From Candidatus Heimdallarchaeota archaeon (GTDB lineage: Archaea; Asgardarchaeota; Heimdallarchaeia; Heimdallarchaeales; Heimdallarchaeaceae), in assembly GCA_019057375.1 (NCBI GenBank), contig DXJF01000031.1, positions 1 through 27,306 on the forward strand: a stretch of 27,306 nt of DNA, in the 5' to 3' direction. The notes beneath the pieces are model-generated. The model was not told the DNA's origin. It was given only the letters and a program-made list of their open reading frames with translations, and did no database searches. Of this stretch, positions 16,691 through 25,532 are shown piece after piece; position 1 is the stretch's first letter; each line of letters opens with the position of its first letter. The position numbers were made by a program, and so were the translations under genes.

Positions 16691-18325
16691 ATGTCCTATT
16701 TCGATATGCTTTTTGTGCCAAAATATATTTTCGTTTGTGGAGCTTTAATTTCAGGTTTAGGCAAGGGAGTACTAACTTCTTCAATAGGACGTAATCTCCA
16801 AGTTAGAGGTAAAAAAATCAATGTTATCAAGATAGACCCGTATCTGAATATAGATGCAGGAACCATGAATCCTTACGAACATGGAGAGACTTTTGTTACT
16901 GCAGATGGTTATGAACTTGATCTTGATATGGGGACTTATGAAAGGATTCTCAATCTTGAAATGAAAGGTGACCAAAATATTACAACTGGTCAAGTTTATC
17001 ACAATGTAATTGAACGAGAGAGAAAGGGGGATTTTTTAGGAAAAACTGTTCAAGTAATTCCTCATATAACAGATGAAATTAAAAGAAGAATAAAAGCTGT
17101 TGCTGAACGAGATCCTGAACTGGATTCACTCATCATAGAGGTAGGAGGAACGATAGGTGATATTGAAAGTCAACCCTTTCTAGAAGCTATTAGGCAATTA
17201 CGTCGCGAAGTGCCAAGAGAGGATTCCCTTATAGTTTTAGTAACTTATATTATGGAACCTCCAAATTTAAGAGAACAAAAAACCAAACCTACACAACATG
17301 CAGTTCGTGAAATGCAATCTTTAGGCTTAAGCCCCGATATTATTGTCACAAGGGGTTCTCGTGATTTAACTGATGGTGCTAAACAAAAAATTGTATTGTT
17401 TTGTGATGTTCCAGCGAATGCAGTATTTTCACTTCCTGATTTAGATACTGTCCTTGCAGCTCCAATCTACTTAGATAAACAAGGGTTTGGTTCCACTCTG
17501 AATCTTAAATTAAGACTTGAAGATGTTGTTGCAGATTGGTCTGAAGATGAAAGATTAGTGGAGATTCATACAACTGCTGAAAAAACAGTAAAAATAGCAT
17601 TAACAGGCAAATATGCAGAATTGATAGATTCATATATCAGCGTAAAAGAAGCTTTGAATCATGCAGCTGCTCATAATAATGTGAAGATAGACATTAACTT
17701 CATCTCAACTGAAGATTATGAAGAGAATCCAGACAAAATAACAGAATTATCAAAATATGATGGAGTTCTTGTCCCAGGAGGATTTGGTTCTAGAGGAGTA
17801 CAGGGGAAAATAGCAGTGATCAAATATCTAAGAGAGAACAATGTTCCTTTTTTAGGAATTTGTTATGGATTTCAGCTAGCCACAATAGAATACGCGAGAA
17901 ATGTTTGTAACTTATCTGATGCTAATTCAACAGAGATTGATACAGAAACAGCTCATCCCGTGATAGACATTCTTCCTGAACAAAAGCAAATTACTGATTT
18001 GGGAGGAACCATGAGATTGGGAAAACATAAAATACTTCTAGAAAAAGGATCGAAATTTGAGAAAATGTATGAAAATACAATCATCTATGAAAGACATAGA
18101 CATAGATATGAAGTGAATCCTGAATATATAGATATTCTTAGTAAGAATGGTCTTGTTTTCTCTGGGAAGTCTGAGGACAGTATTCGCATGGAAACACTTG
18201 AATTACCAGAACATCCGTGTTTTATAGCTGCACAGTTTCACCCAGAATTTCAATCTCGTCCCATTAAACCATCACCCCCATATTTTGAGTTTGTGAAAGC
18301 TGCTAGTGCTAGAATGTTAAAGTGA
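16691..18325 (+). CDS. pyrG: CTP synthase
   Basis: PKYIFV.G..ISGLGKG, KIDPYLNIDAGTMNPYEHGE, EVGGTIGDIE, KTKPTQH, PGGFGSRG, GICYG, RHRHRYE and QFHPEF. The start could also be ATG 16706 or GTG 16715. Confidence 0.98.
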   Translation: MSYFDMLFVPKYIFVCGALISGLGKGVLTSSIGRNLQVRGKKINVIKIDPYLNIDAGTMNPYEHGETFVTADGYELDLDMGTYERILNLEMKGDQNITTGQVYHNVIERERKGDFLGKTVQVIPHITDEIKRRIKAVAERDPELDSLIIEVGGTIGDIESQPFLEAIRQLRREVPREDSLIVLVTYIMEPPNLREQKTKPTQHAVREMQSLGLSPDIIVTRGSRDLTDGAKQKIVLFCDVPANAVFSLPDLDTVLAAPIYLDKQGFGSTLNLKLRLEDVVADWSEDERLVEIHTTAEKTVKIALTGKYAELIDSYISVKEALNHAAAHNNVKIDINFISTEDYEENPDKITELSKYDGVLVPGGFGSRGVQGKIAVIKYLRENNVPFLGICYGFQLATIEYARNVCNLSDANSTEIDTETAHPVIDILPEQKQITDLGGTMRLGKHKILLEKGSKFEKMYENTIIYERHRHRYEVNPEYIDILSKNGLVFSGKSEDSIRMETLELPEHPCFIAAQFHPEFQSRPIKPSPPYFEFVKAASARMLK

Positions 18326-18343
18326 TTTAGAAGTAAAACTATT

Positions 18344-18354
18344 GCTTTTTAAAT
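18344..18354 (+). promoter_or_regulatory. Candidate TATA box for nurA-herA
   Basis: GCTTTTTAAAT about 34 nt upstream of ATG 18389. The identical 11-mer occurs at 21070-21080 upstream of the Sm gene. Confidence 0.4.
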
Positions 18355-18388
18355 GGAAAAACAGATATTAGTAGTAGTGGTTAGATAA

Positions 18389-19543
18389 ATGGCAGTTCAA
18401 AATAAGATAGATGAAGCCATTGATGAGATCTCAAAACGGATAAGAACCTATAATGAACATAGGAAGTTGTTTCAGGATCTCTTCAGACAAGTTAAGGACA
18501 AGATAAATCCTTCTGATTTTCCTTCAGCTTTTGATATCAAAACTTCAGATAATCTTTTCACAGTGAAAGTTCCTAAAACAAATATAGATGGTTTGAAAAT
18601 TGCAGGAATTGATGGGGGTGTCATCCATAGATCTTTAAATTATTTTGACATCGCATTAATACGTGCAGTAGGAGTGTTGTTCTATCACAGAAAAGATAGC
18701 AAACCAATAGTAAGATATATCCCTGAGGAGCAACCTTTTCCAGATATTCTTACGAGTATTGAACCTTTATCACAAAATGAAATTGAAAGCCTTATTTCAA
18801 TTTGGAGGATGCAGAAAGAGATAAGATGTGGAATTGACCTTCTTGAAGAAGATCATCCAGACATCATTATCCTAGATGGTTCTGTACTCCCTGTAATTGA
18901 TTTTCGTCAAATCAGTCAAAGTGAGTTTCTAGTTAGCCAATATAAGAAGCTGAAAGCTCAATACAGAAGACTATACACTCTATGTCAAAAAAATCGTACT
19001 GCTTTATGTGGAGTGGTCAAAGATTCTCGTTCAGCCATACTAACAAACAAATTATCTGCTATTTTACCACATTTAAGCAAATTACCAGAATTCAGCAAAC
19101 TGGTTGAAATAGATTACAGACCTATAGTAAAACAATTACGAGACACTGATCTGCTCTATCAAGTTCTAGATACTAATGAAAGAACTTTTGAGTTTCAGTT
19201 ATCAAATTTCAATGAGGAATCAGATAAGGATCTTCCAGATTTTAGTATTCATTGTTTCTACATGAAAACTGCAGAATTTGATACTCCTTTAAGAATTGAG
19301 TTTCCTGTACTGTTTTCAACTCAGCATGAACAAGCACAAACTATTTCATCTTTAGTTAATGCTGTTTCAAAATATAATCCAGAATATGGATTACCTAGCG
19401 TTATCATAGAAGCTGATGCTCGAGCAAGATTGCAAGAAACAGATGCTGATATCCTAGTTGATGAAATTGCTTCAAAAATAGGTTACACAAGCTTTTCTCT
19501 TCAAAAGAGGAGAAATAGACTTCCATTTAAAACAGGTGGTTAA
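18389..19543 (+). CDS. nurA: NurA 5'-3' nuclease
   Basis: IAGIDGG, IILDGS, GVVKDS, PLRIEF and YGLPSVIIEAD.RAR motifs; coupled to herA. Confidence 0.88.
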   Translation: MAVQNKIDEAIDEISKRIRTYNEHRKLFQDLFRQVKDKINPSDFPSAFDIKTSDNLFTVKVPKTNIDGLKIAGIDGGVIHRSLNYFDIALIRAVGVLFYHRKDSKPIVRYIPEEQPFPDILTSIEPLSQNEIESLISIWRMQKEIRCGIDLLEEDHPDIIILDGSVLPVIDFRQISQSEFLVSQYKKLKAQYRRLYTLCQKNRTALCGVVKDSRSAILTNKLSAILPHLSKLPEFSKLVEIDYRPIVKQLRDTDLLYQVLDTNERTFEFQLSNFNEESDKDLPDFSIHCFYMKTAEFDTPLRIEFPVLFSTQHEQAQTISSLVNAVSKYNPEYGLPSVIIEADARARLQETDADILVDEIASKIGYTSFSLQKRRNRLPFKTGG

Positions 19544-19544
19544 A

Positions 19545-21038
19545 ATGTCAAAAAAGAATATAGGTACAGTCATTGTTGATGAAGATAATTCACCAAACCC
19601 CGAGCAATTCAGCTTTGTTTTAACAAAAACAGAAGAAGAGTTCCAATTACAAAAAGGGATGTATGTAGTTGTTCCAACAGAAGATGGAGATGTTCTAGCT
19701 AATGTCACAGAACTTTACAAGACTAATAGATATTTCTCTTCACCTTCTGCAGTAAGAGCTTATGAAACTAGCGGTAAAACCTTAGCTTCGATTTTTCCCG
19801 CAGATAGATGGGAATATATTATTGCAAAAGCTAAACCTTTAGGAATTATAACAGAAATTGGTATTCAAAGATTATTATTTCCAGTTTCTCCAGGAGAAAA
19901 TGTTTCAATTCCAGATAATAAAACTTTGATGAAATTTCTAGGTTTAGAGAAAGAAAATGGATTAAACATTGGAAAGATAGAACAGCACGATCTTACAGTT
20001 AAATTGAATCTTACAAGGTTCCTCCAAAAACATGCAGCGATACTTGCTATTTCTGGTGCAGGTAAATCATATACGGTATCTGTTCTCCTTGAAGAATTGC
20101 TTTCCAGGAAAGCTGACCATGGCAGAGTAGCAATTGTTCTTTTCGATGTTCATGGAGAATATAAAGGATTTGGAGATGAAAAATCACCATTTTTCAAAGA
20201 TGTTAATGTCTTTCCAGGTGGATTAATACAATTTGCAACTTCTTCAATGTCTGCTAGACAATTTGCTATTTATCAACCCCAGATAACTACTGCTCAATCA
20301 AGAGATTTATCCAAACTTTTATCCCAGTTCTATCATGACAAAGTTAAACAAGGAAAAAGCTATGTAATCGGAGATATAATTGATGAACTCGAGAAAAATG
20401 AACAGATGAATACTAGAAGTAAAGAAGCATTGATAGGGTGGCTTTACTCTCTTGAAAATACTCGTTTGTTTGGAGCAGCAGAAAATCCAGATCTAAAAAA
20501 TATTTTGAAACCAGGAAAAATCACCATATTTGATTTGAGTGATTTTACAAGTATAAAGCTAAAGCAAATGATAGTTAGCTACTTATTATACAGAATCTTT
20601 GAAATGAGGAAGAAAAACGAAGTTCCTCCTACAACAGTTATTTTAGAGGAAGCTCATCAATTTGTACCTGAAGCTCGTTTAGAATTAGCAATATCCAAAT
20701 CTATTATTGAAACAATAGCTAGAGAAGGAAGAAAATTCTTTACATCATTGATACTTGTAAGTCAAAGACCAGTGAAACTGTCTACAACAGCTCTAAGTCA
20801 ATGTAACACACATGTAATAATGAGAATTCTCAATCCTTATGATTTAGACTATATAGGTCGCTCCTCGGAGGGAATTGACAGATCAACCATGAATTCAATA
20901 ACTTCGTTAGGAGTAGGAGAAGCTATTGTTGTAGGAAATGCAGTTAATCATCCAATATTTGTAAAAGTTCGAAAAAGGAAAACTACAACTTTGGAAACTA
21001 AAACTTTAGAAGAATCAGCCAAGAACTTTGAAGCATGA
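19545..21038 (+). CDS. herA: HerA helicase/translocase (HAS barrel plus FtsK/HerA ATPase)
   Basis: HAAILAISGAGKS, FDVHGEY, ILEEAHQF, REGRKF and SQRP motifs. AGGTGG (19534-19539) sits 5 nt before ATG 19545, which favours this start over GTG 19536. Confidence 0.93.
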   Translation: MSKKNIGTVIVDEDNSPNPEQFSFVLTKTEEEFQLQKGMYVVVPTEDGDVLANVTELYKTNRYFSSPSAVRAYETSGKTLASIFPADRWEYIIAKAKPLGIITEIGIQRLLFPVSPGENVSIPDNKTLMKFLGLEKENGLNIGKIEQHDLTVKLNLTRFLQKHAAILAISGAGKSYTVSVLLEELLSRKADHGRVAIVLFDVHGEYKGFGDEKSPFFKDVNVFPGGLIQFATSSMSARQFAIYQPQITTAQSRDLSKLLSQFYHDKVKQGKSYVIGDIIDELEKNEQMNTRSKEALIGWLYSLENTRLFGAAENPDLKNILKPGKITIFDLSDFTSIKLKQMIVSYLLYRIFEMRKKNEVPPTTVILEEAHQFVPEARLELAISKSIIETIAREGRKFFTSLILVSQRPVKLSTTALSQCNTHVIMRILNPYDLDYIGRSSEGIDRSTMNSITSLGVGEAIVVGNAVNHPIFVKVRKRKTTTLETKTLEESAKNFEA

Positions 21039-21069
21039 TTGTAGAAGCTTAGATAATTATTAAACGCAA

Positions 21070-21080
21070 GCTTTTTAAAT
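21070..21080 (+). promoter_or_regulatory. Candidate TATA box for the Sm/Lsm gene
   Basis: GCTTTTTAAAT, identical to the element upstream of nurA. Confidence 0.35.
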
Positions 21081-21126
21081 TACAATCATCCCGTCGAGAC
21101 AATATTAAATTTAGTTTGTGTTTATT

Positions 21127-21360
21127 ATGAGTAGCATTCCCATTAACTCACTTAGAAAGGTAATTGGCCAATATATAATCATTCGATTAAAAGATAACGT
21201 GAAATACAAAGGCAAACTGCAAAGTTTTGACCAATATATGAACTGTCACTTAAGTGACGCAATTGAAATAATTGCAGACGAAGAAGTCTCAAGATATGGG
21301 AATATCTTTGTTAGAGGGAATAACATCCTATTAGTACAATTAGCCGTGGATGAGCTATAA
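21127..21360 (+). CDS. Sm-like archaeal RNA-binding protein (SmAP/Lsm)
   Basis: Sm1 motif IRLK....KGKLQSFDQYMNCHL and Sm2 motif IFVRGNNI. ATG 21127 is preferred over GTG 21118. Confidence 0.93.
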   Translation: MSSIPINSLRKVIGQYIIIRLKDNVKYKGKLQSFDQYMNCHLSDAIEIIADEEVSRYGNIFVRGNNILLVQLAVDEL

Positions 21361-21361
21361 T

Positions 21362-23494
21362 TTAATCTTCTAACTCACCATTTTCATCATCAAGGCGAGC
21401 TTGATTATTCTTTCTTCTTTCACGAGAAAAAGCTTTGTCCTGTTCTGAAATTTCGATTTCTCGCTCTTTTCTATATTCATCTACTAAATTGTCCAAAAAA
21501 CTCTCTTTTTTCTCTGTTACGATTATGTCAATTTTCTCCTTAGCTTCAGAAATTAATTTGTTTAGATCGTCTTCTTTTATTATAGCAATTTCATCGATTC
21601 TAATAATCTCTGTATCAGCTGGTTTAGCTATAGGTACTTGAGATTCAATAAGTTTTTTCCTTGCATTATATGAAAGGTGATCAACATCCCCAATTATAGC
21701 TTTAATTTTGTAAGAAAATAGTTTTTCAGCTGTTTGACCTCCTCCCCCTGTTGTATCGAGTATAAGAACTATATCTCCAGGTCCTAGTCCATAGTTCTCA
21801 GCTGTCCTTTCGATCTCATCTTGAGTGAATTTTCTTATTACCTTTAGTGGAACCCATCCTTGATGACCTCTGAGCCAAACAACTCTCTTCAGTTCGTCAA
21901 TCCTATCTAAATATCTTTCAATTTCATTTTCTAAAAGGTTGATTCTCTCTTTGGAATGTGAGATTTGATTCTCTTGGATAATATATGCCTTCTCTTTCTG
22001 AATCTTTTCAATATATTCTGATTTATCTTCATCTAACCTAAATTGTAGATTCTCAAGTTTCTCCTCTAAATCTTTGATTTCAGAATAAAGTTCTGTATTT
22101 TTGCTCCTCTCCCAATCTAATTGCTCTTGAAGGACATCAAATTCTTTTTTGATTTCTACTACATCTGGTTCAGGTTTTTGTTTTAATGTTGGTTTGATTA
22201 TTTTTTCTTTGACAATCTTATCACTTGTTAAGTTTTGATTTATTTCTTCAATTGCATCAGTAAGCGTTTTTCCCTTAACTAATAAGTCTTTTATCTCATC
22301 TCTAAGAGATTTATCGTACACATCTCGATAATTTCTTTCTATCTTTTCGAATTCTGATCGAAATTTAGCATATCCTTTGTAAGCTGAAGCGAGAGAATCT
22401 CTCTGATGAGCATTTTTTACATTAATACCTTGTTGCATAGTGAGCTTTCTAGATATCTCATTCTTCTCTGAAACTGTCATCACACTCCTTGGTGTATAAA
22501 GCCTGGAGTTTAGAGCAGCAGAAATTTTCTCAACATAAGCTGGATAAGGATAAACATCAACACAAATTAATGAAGGCTTACCATAATTGGTTATTTCACG
22601 AATTATCTGTCCTCTACTCGCTTCTCGATAACTACTAATTTTTAGTATTCTTCCATTCAAATCCATAATTGATAATCCAATTGTTAAACCGGGATCTATC
22701 CCAACAATTAATCTTCTCAGAGAGGATTTTATTTGTACTTGTTGAGATAGAGGGATGAATTCTACTCTTTCTTTATTAACAGGATGAATGTTAACTCGAC
22801 AGAGTTCTCCCCTCTGTTTTTTTACAATCTTTGTTATCTCAGAGATTGGAGAGTACACACTAAATACAACTTTTTGAGCTCCAAATTTACTTTTAGTTAC
22901 GTTTTTATCGAAATCAAGTCTTCTTTCAATTAAGTTACTTTCTATTTTTTTCGCTTCTTGGTTAATTGTGGTATCATACAGCCTACTATAGCGTTTTTGA
23001 GACCATCCTCCAGATCCTTTAGATCTTGATCTAGATACAATAATCTTTGTTTCATTCTCAAAAGGTTCTACAATGTAACCCAATTTTTTACTCACTAAAA
23101 TAGCACACGCTTCAGCTGCAACTAGTGGAAAAAGTTTCCCAGAAACATTCAAGCCATGTTGTTTCATTAGTTTAGTGAGAGGAGTAAAACCATGAATAGG
23201 AGATCCTGTTATTTGAACTAGTTTTGTATTAGGTTGAAGTTGAAGACATAAATGAGGAATTTGAGATGGATTTTTAACCAATTCATAGATATTGTCGCTA
23301 GCAAGATAGTGAGCCTGAGAACTTCTTACAATACCAATCAATTTCTGTAAGTTAACCTTTTCATATTTCTGAATTATAGTATCATTTGCACAATCATAAA
23401 CACAAACTGAGTATTTGGCTATCGTAGAAGGCGATGTTTGAGGTAAGATATCAACACCAACACTAATGATTTCAGAATCAAAAATTTCAATCAC
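21362..23494 (-). CDS. DUF460 domain protein (COG2433-like; RNase H-like fold plus long coiled coil)
   Basis: LIVGIDPGLTIGLSIMDLNG, HQRDSLASAY, a heptad-rich region around aa 440-540, and a C-terminal GPGDIVLILDTTGGG. The GTG start overlaps the rio2 TGA (GTGA). Confidence 0.85.
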   Translation of the reverse strand: MIEIFDSEIISVGVDILPQTSPSTIAKYSVCVYDCANDTIIQKYEKVNLQKLIGIVRSSQAHYLASDNIYELVKNPSQIPHLCLQLQPNTKLVQITGSPIHGFTPLTKLMKQHGLNVSGKLFPLVAAEACAILVSKKLGYIVEPFENETKIIVSRSRSKGSGGWSQKRYSRLYDTTINQEAKKIESNLIERRLDFDKNVTKSKFGAQKVVFSVYSPISEITKIVKKQRGELCRVNIHPVNKERVEFIPLSQQVQIKSSLRRLIVGIDPGLTIGLSIMDLNGRILKISSYREASRGQIIREITNYGKPSLICVDVYPYPAYVEKISAALNSRLYTPRSVMTVSEKNEISRKLTMQQGINVKNAHQRDSLASAYKGYAKFRSEFEKIERNYRDVYDKSLRDEIKDLLVKGKTLTDAIEEINQNLTSDKIVKEKIIKPTLKQKPEPDVVEIKKEFDVLQEQLDWERSKNTELYSEIKDLEEKLENLQFRLDEDKSEYIEKIQKEKAYIIQENQISHSKERINLLENEIERYLDRIDELKRVVWLRGHQGWVPLKVIRKFTQDEIERTAENYGLGPGDIVLILDTTGGGGQTAEKLFSYKIKAIIGDVDHLSYNARKKLIESQVPIAKPADTEIIRIDEIAIIKEDDLNKLISEAKEKIDIIVTEKKESFLDNLVDEYRKEREIEISEQDKAFSRERRKNNQARLDDENGELED

Positions 23495-24393
23495 CCTAAT
23501 TTATTTCCTACAACATATTCTATAACAGTTTCTACCTCATCTGTAGTAATCCCCCATTTTTTCCCAAAATAGTCTAAAAAATGAGTAAAATCTCTTCTTA
23601 AGAGAACAATAGCTTCAGGATGATCTGTTTGAACAGCTTGGGGGAAGTCAATAACTGTTATCTTTCCATTTTCTTCATCATACATAATATTGTATTCTGT
23701 TAAATCCGCATGTACAATGTTAAAATCCTGATAAAGAGTTTTAGCAAATTCTATTATTCTTTCAAGAGTTTTAATTGGTTTCTTAATATTCTGCACATTT
23801 ACAAGTTCTTTACCTTCAACAAAGTCCATTGCAATGATGTGCCTGTTGTTTCCTTTAACATTAGGTATAGGTAGGTTTTTACCCTTTAAGTCCTCAAGAA
23901 TCTTGTATTCTCTTTTAGCTGCTATTTCAGCAGTTGAAAATATTGAATAGTGAAATCTATTTTCAAGAAAATCTCTTTTTTTCTTTATTTGTTGGAAACT
24001 AGCTCTCCCTGTTCGATTAATCTTAATTATTATTTCATTTTCCTCAAAATCTATTGCATTGTAAATGTCGCTCTCTTTTCCTACTCCCCTAGTTTGTCCT
24101 ACACCATATACTATTTTCTTATTGTAGAGTGTATTGAGTGCTAAAGCATCAAATCCAGACAAAGTTAAGGAAAAACCAACAAATTGTCCTTTCCATCGGC
24201 GAGTCAATTTCAGTTTATTCAATTTAGATAAGATTAGATCAACATCTTTAGCTCTATAACCAGAATAAGTAACAATTTTATCTACGGGAGCATACTCTCC
24301 TTTTCGCAGAAGTGTCTCAATCATGTTCAAAACCCTAAAATCCATATTTGAGAGTTCTTTTAGCACTTTAGCTCCACGCAGTTTAATAGGCAT
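23491..24393 (-). CDS. rio2: RIO2-family atypical Ser/Thr kinase/ATPase
   Basis: N-terminal winged helix (DFRVLNMIE...EYAPV; L..GFDALAL), GVGKESDIY, catalytic VHADLTEYNI and IDFPQ. The ORF-track start 24477 overlaps the divergent gene, so ATG 24393 is preferred. Confidence 0.92.
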   Translation of the reverse strand: MPIKLRGAKVLKELSNMDFRVLNMIETLLRKGEYAPVDKIVTYSGYRAKDVDLILSKLNKLKLTRRWKGQFVGFSLTLSGFDALALNTLYNKKIVYGVGQTRGVGKESDIYNAIDFEENEIIIKINRTGRASFQQIKKKRDFLENRFHYSIFSTAEIAAKREYKILEDLKGKNLPIPNVKGNNRHIIAMDFVEGKELVNVQNIKKPIKTLERIIEFAKTLYQDFNIVHADLTEYNIMYDEENGKITVIDFPQAVQTDHPEAIVLLRRDFTHFLDYFGKKWGITTDEVETVIEYVVGNKLG

Positions 24394-24447
24394 CAATATG
24401 TTGTAAGAGTATGACTTAAAATTCTTTTCTTTCTTATATTTATTTGA

Positions 24448-24987
24448 ATGAGTAATAAGAAGTACGAAGTAAGGCATAAATACGATTCAACTGCAGAGCA
24501 ATATGAGAATAGATACATCGCTATACAGAAACAGAAGTATTTTGATATTTTCTCTGATATCGATATTGAAGAAAAGGCAATTGTTTATGATGTAGGTGGA
24601 GGTACAGGATTACTTCTAAGCTATCTAAAACAGGACAATATAACTATTATTGTAAATGATATATCATTAGAGATGCTGAAAGTTGGGAAAAATAAATATC
24701 CGCTAGGTTTTTTCGTTTGTGCAGATAGTGAATTTCTCCCTTTCAGAGAAGAGAGTGGAGATTTTGTCACTTGCATTTCAGTGGTGCAAAATTTAGTCAA
24801 CCCACAAAAAACGATTGATGAGTGTCATAATATAGTAAGAAAGAAAGGTTATCTTGTTTTAACTGCTCTAAAAAAGATATTTAACATTAAGATTTTAAAA
24901 AATATAGTAAAAAAAAGTGGATTTAGAATAATTAAATCATGGAATCTCCCAATAGAAGATATTGCTATTATAGCTAAAAAGGAATAA
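24448..24987 (+). CDS. Class I SAM-dependent methyltransferase
   Basis: YD..AEQY, motif I VYDVGGGTG, DIS.EML and ADSEFLPF. Divergent from rio2 across 54 bp. Confidence 0.88.
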   Translation: MSNKKYEVRHKYDSTAEQYENRYIAIQKQKYFDIFSDIDIEEKAIVYDVGGGTGLLLSYLKQDNITIIVNDISLEMLKVGKNKYPLGFFVCADSEFLPFREESGDFVTCISVVQNLVNPQKTIDECHNIVRKKGYLVLTALKKIFNIKILKNIVKKSGFRIIKSWNLPIEDIAIIAKKE

Positions 24988-24994
24988 AAAAAAG

Positions 24995-25276
24995 CTAAAG
25001 TATATTTAGAATTATTTTATTCACTTTCGTCTTACAGACCTTCCTGACACCATGAGCACCGGGTTCATAACGTGAATCAAGCACTCCTGCTCGTTCTAAG
25101 TATTTAATCTGTGCTGAAGTATTTGCTTCAGTTTGTTTCATTTTCTTAGCTATACTTGATATATCCATTTCTTTATCAAGAAGCAATTTTACAATGTTAA
25201 ATCGTGTAGGAGACGATAAAGCTTTTGCCAGTGCGATTATTACTTTTTCTTCACTTAATTCAAGTGTTTCAGTCAA
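24995..25276 (-). CDS. ArsR-family winged-helix transcriptional regulator
   Basis: KALSSPTRFNIVKLL...ISSIAK...ANTSAQIKYLERAGVL, with a C-terminal PGAHGVRKVC. The TTG start is supported by an upstream GGGGTGGT SD-like sequence (complement of 25282-25289). Confidence 0.85.
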   Translation of the reverse strand: MTETLELSEEKVIIALAKALSSPTRFNIVKLLLDKEMDISSIAKKMKQTEANTSAQIKYLERAGVLDSRYEPGAHGVRKVCKTKVNKIILNIL

Positions 25277-25532
25277 TTGAAAACCACCCCTAATTTTCAG
25301 TTTGTATTAAAATTTATGATTATTTAAATATAATGTTTGGTTAACGAAAAAATAAGTACAACATTTATATATCAATAATACTTAATGCTATGACATTAGT
25401 TTAATCTATTATAATTTTACTGAATTAATCAGATATTCAATCAACAATGAAAATTCAAGACAACGTTAATCGTTAAATCTAAATACTTTTTATATTCACT
25501 ATAATTAAACTGGCTAGAAACAGGTTTTAGGG

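Noticed and set aside
12842-17002. Minus-strand ORFs 12842-13033, 13734-14081 and 16781-17002
   Set aside because: Antisense to mcm, hel308 and pyrG, with no recognisable domains.
616-23982. Other long homopolymers as frameshift sites or errors (T7/A8 at 616-635; T7 at 23976-23982 in rio2)
   Set aside because: They lie within uninterrupted, sensible ORFs and need no frame change. This also argues modestly against systematic homopolymer errors in this assembly.
24394-24477. 28-aa N-terminal extension of RIO2 given in the ORF track
   Set aside because: It overlaps the divergent methyltransferase start and the shared promoter. The RIO2 winged helix begins after Met 24393.
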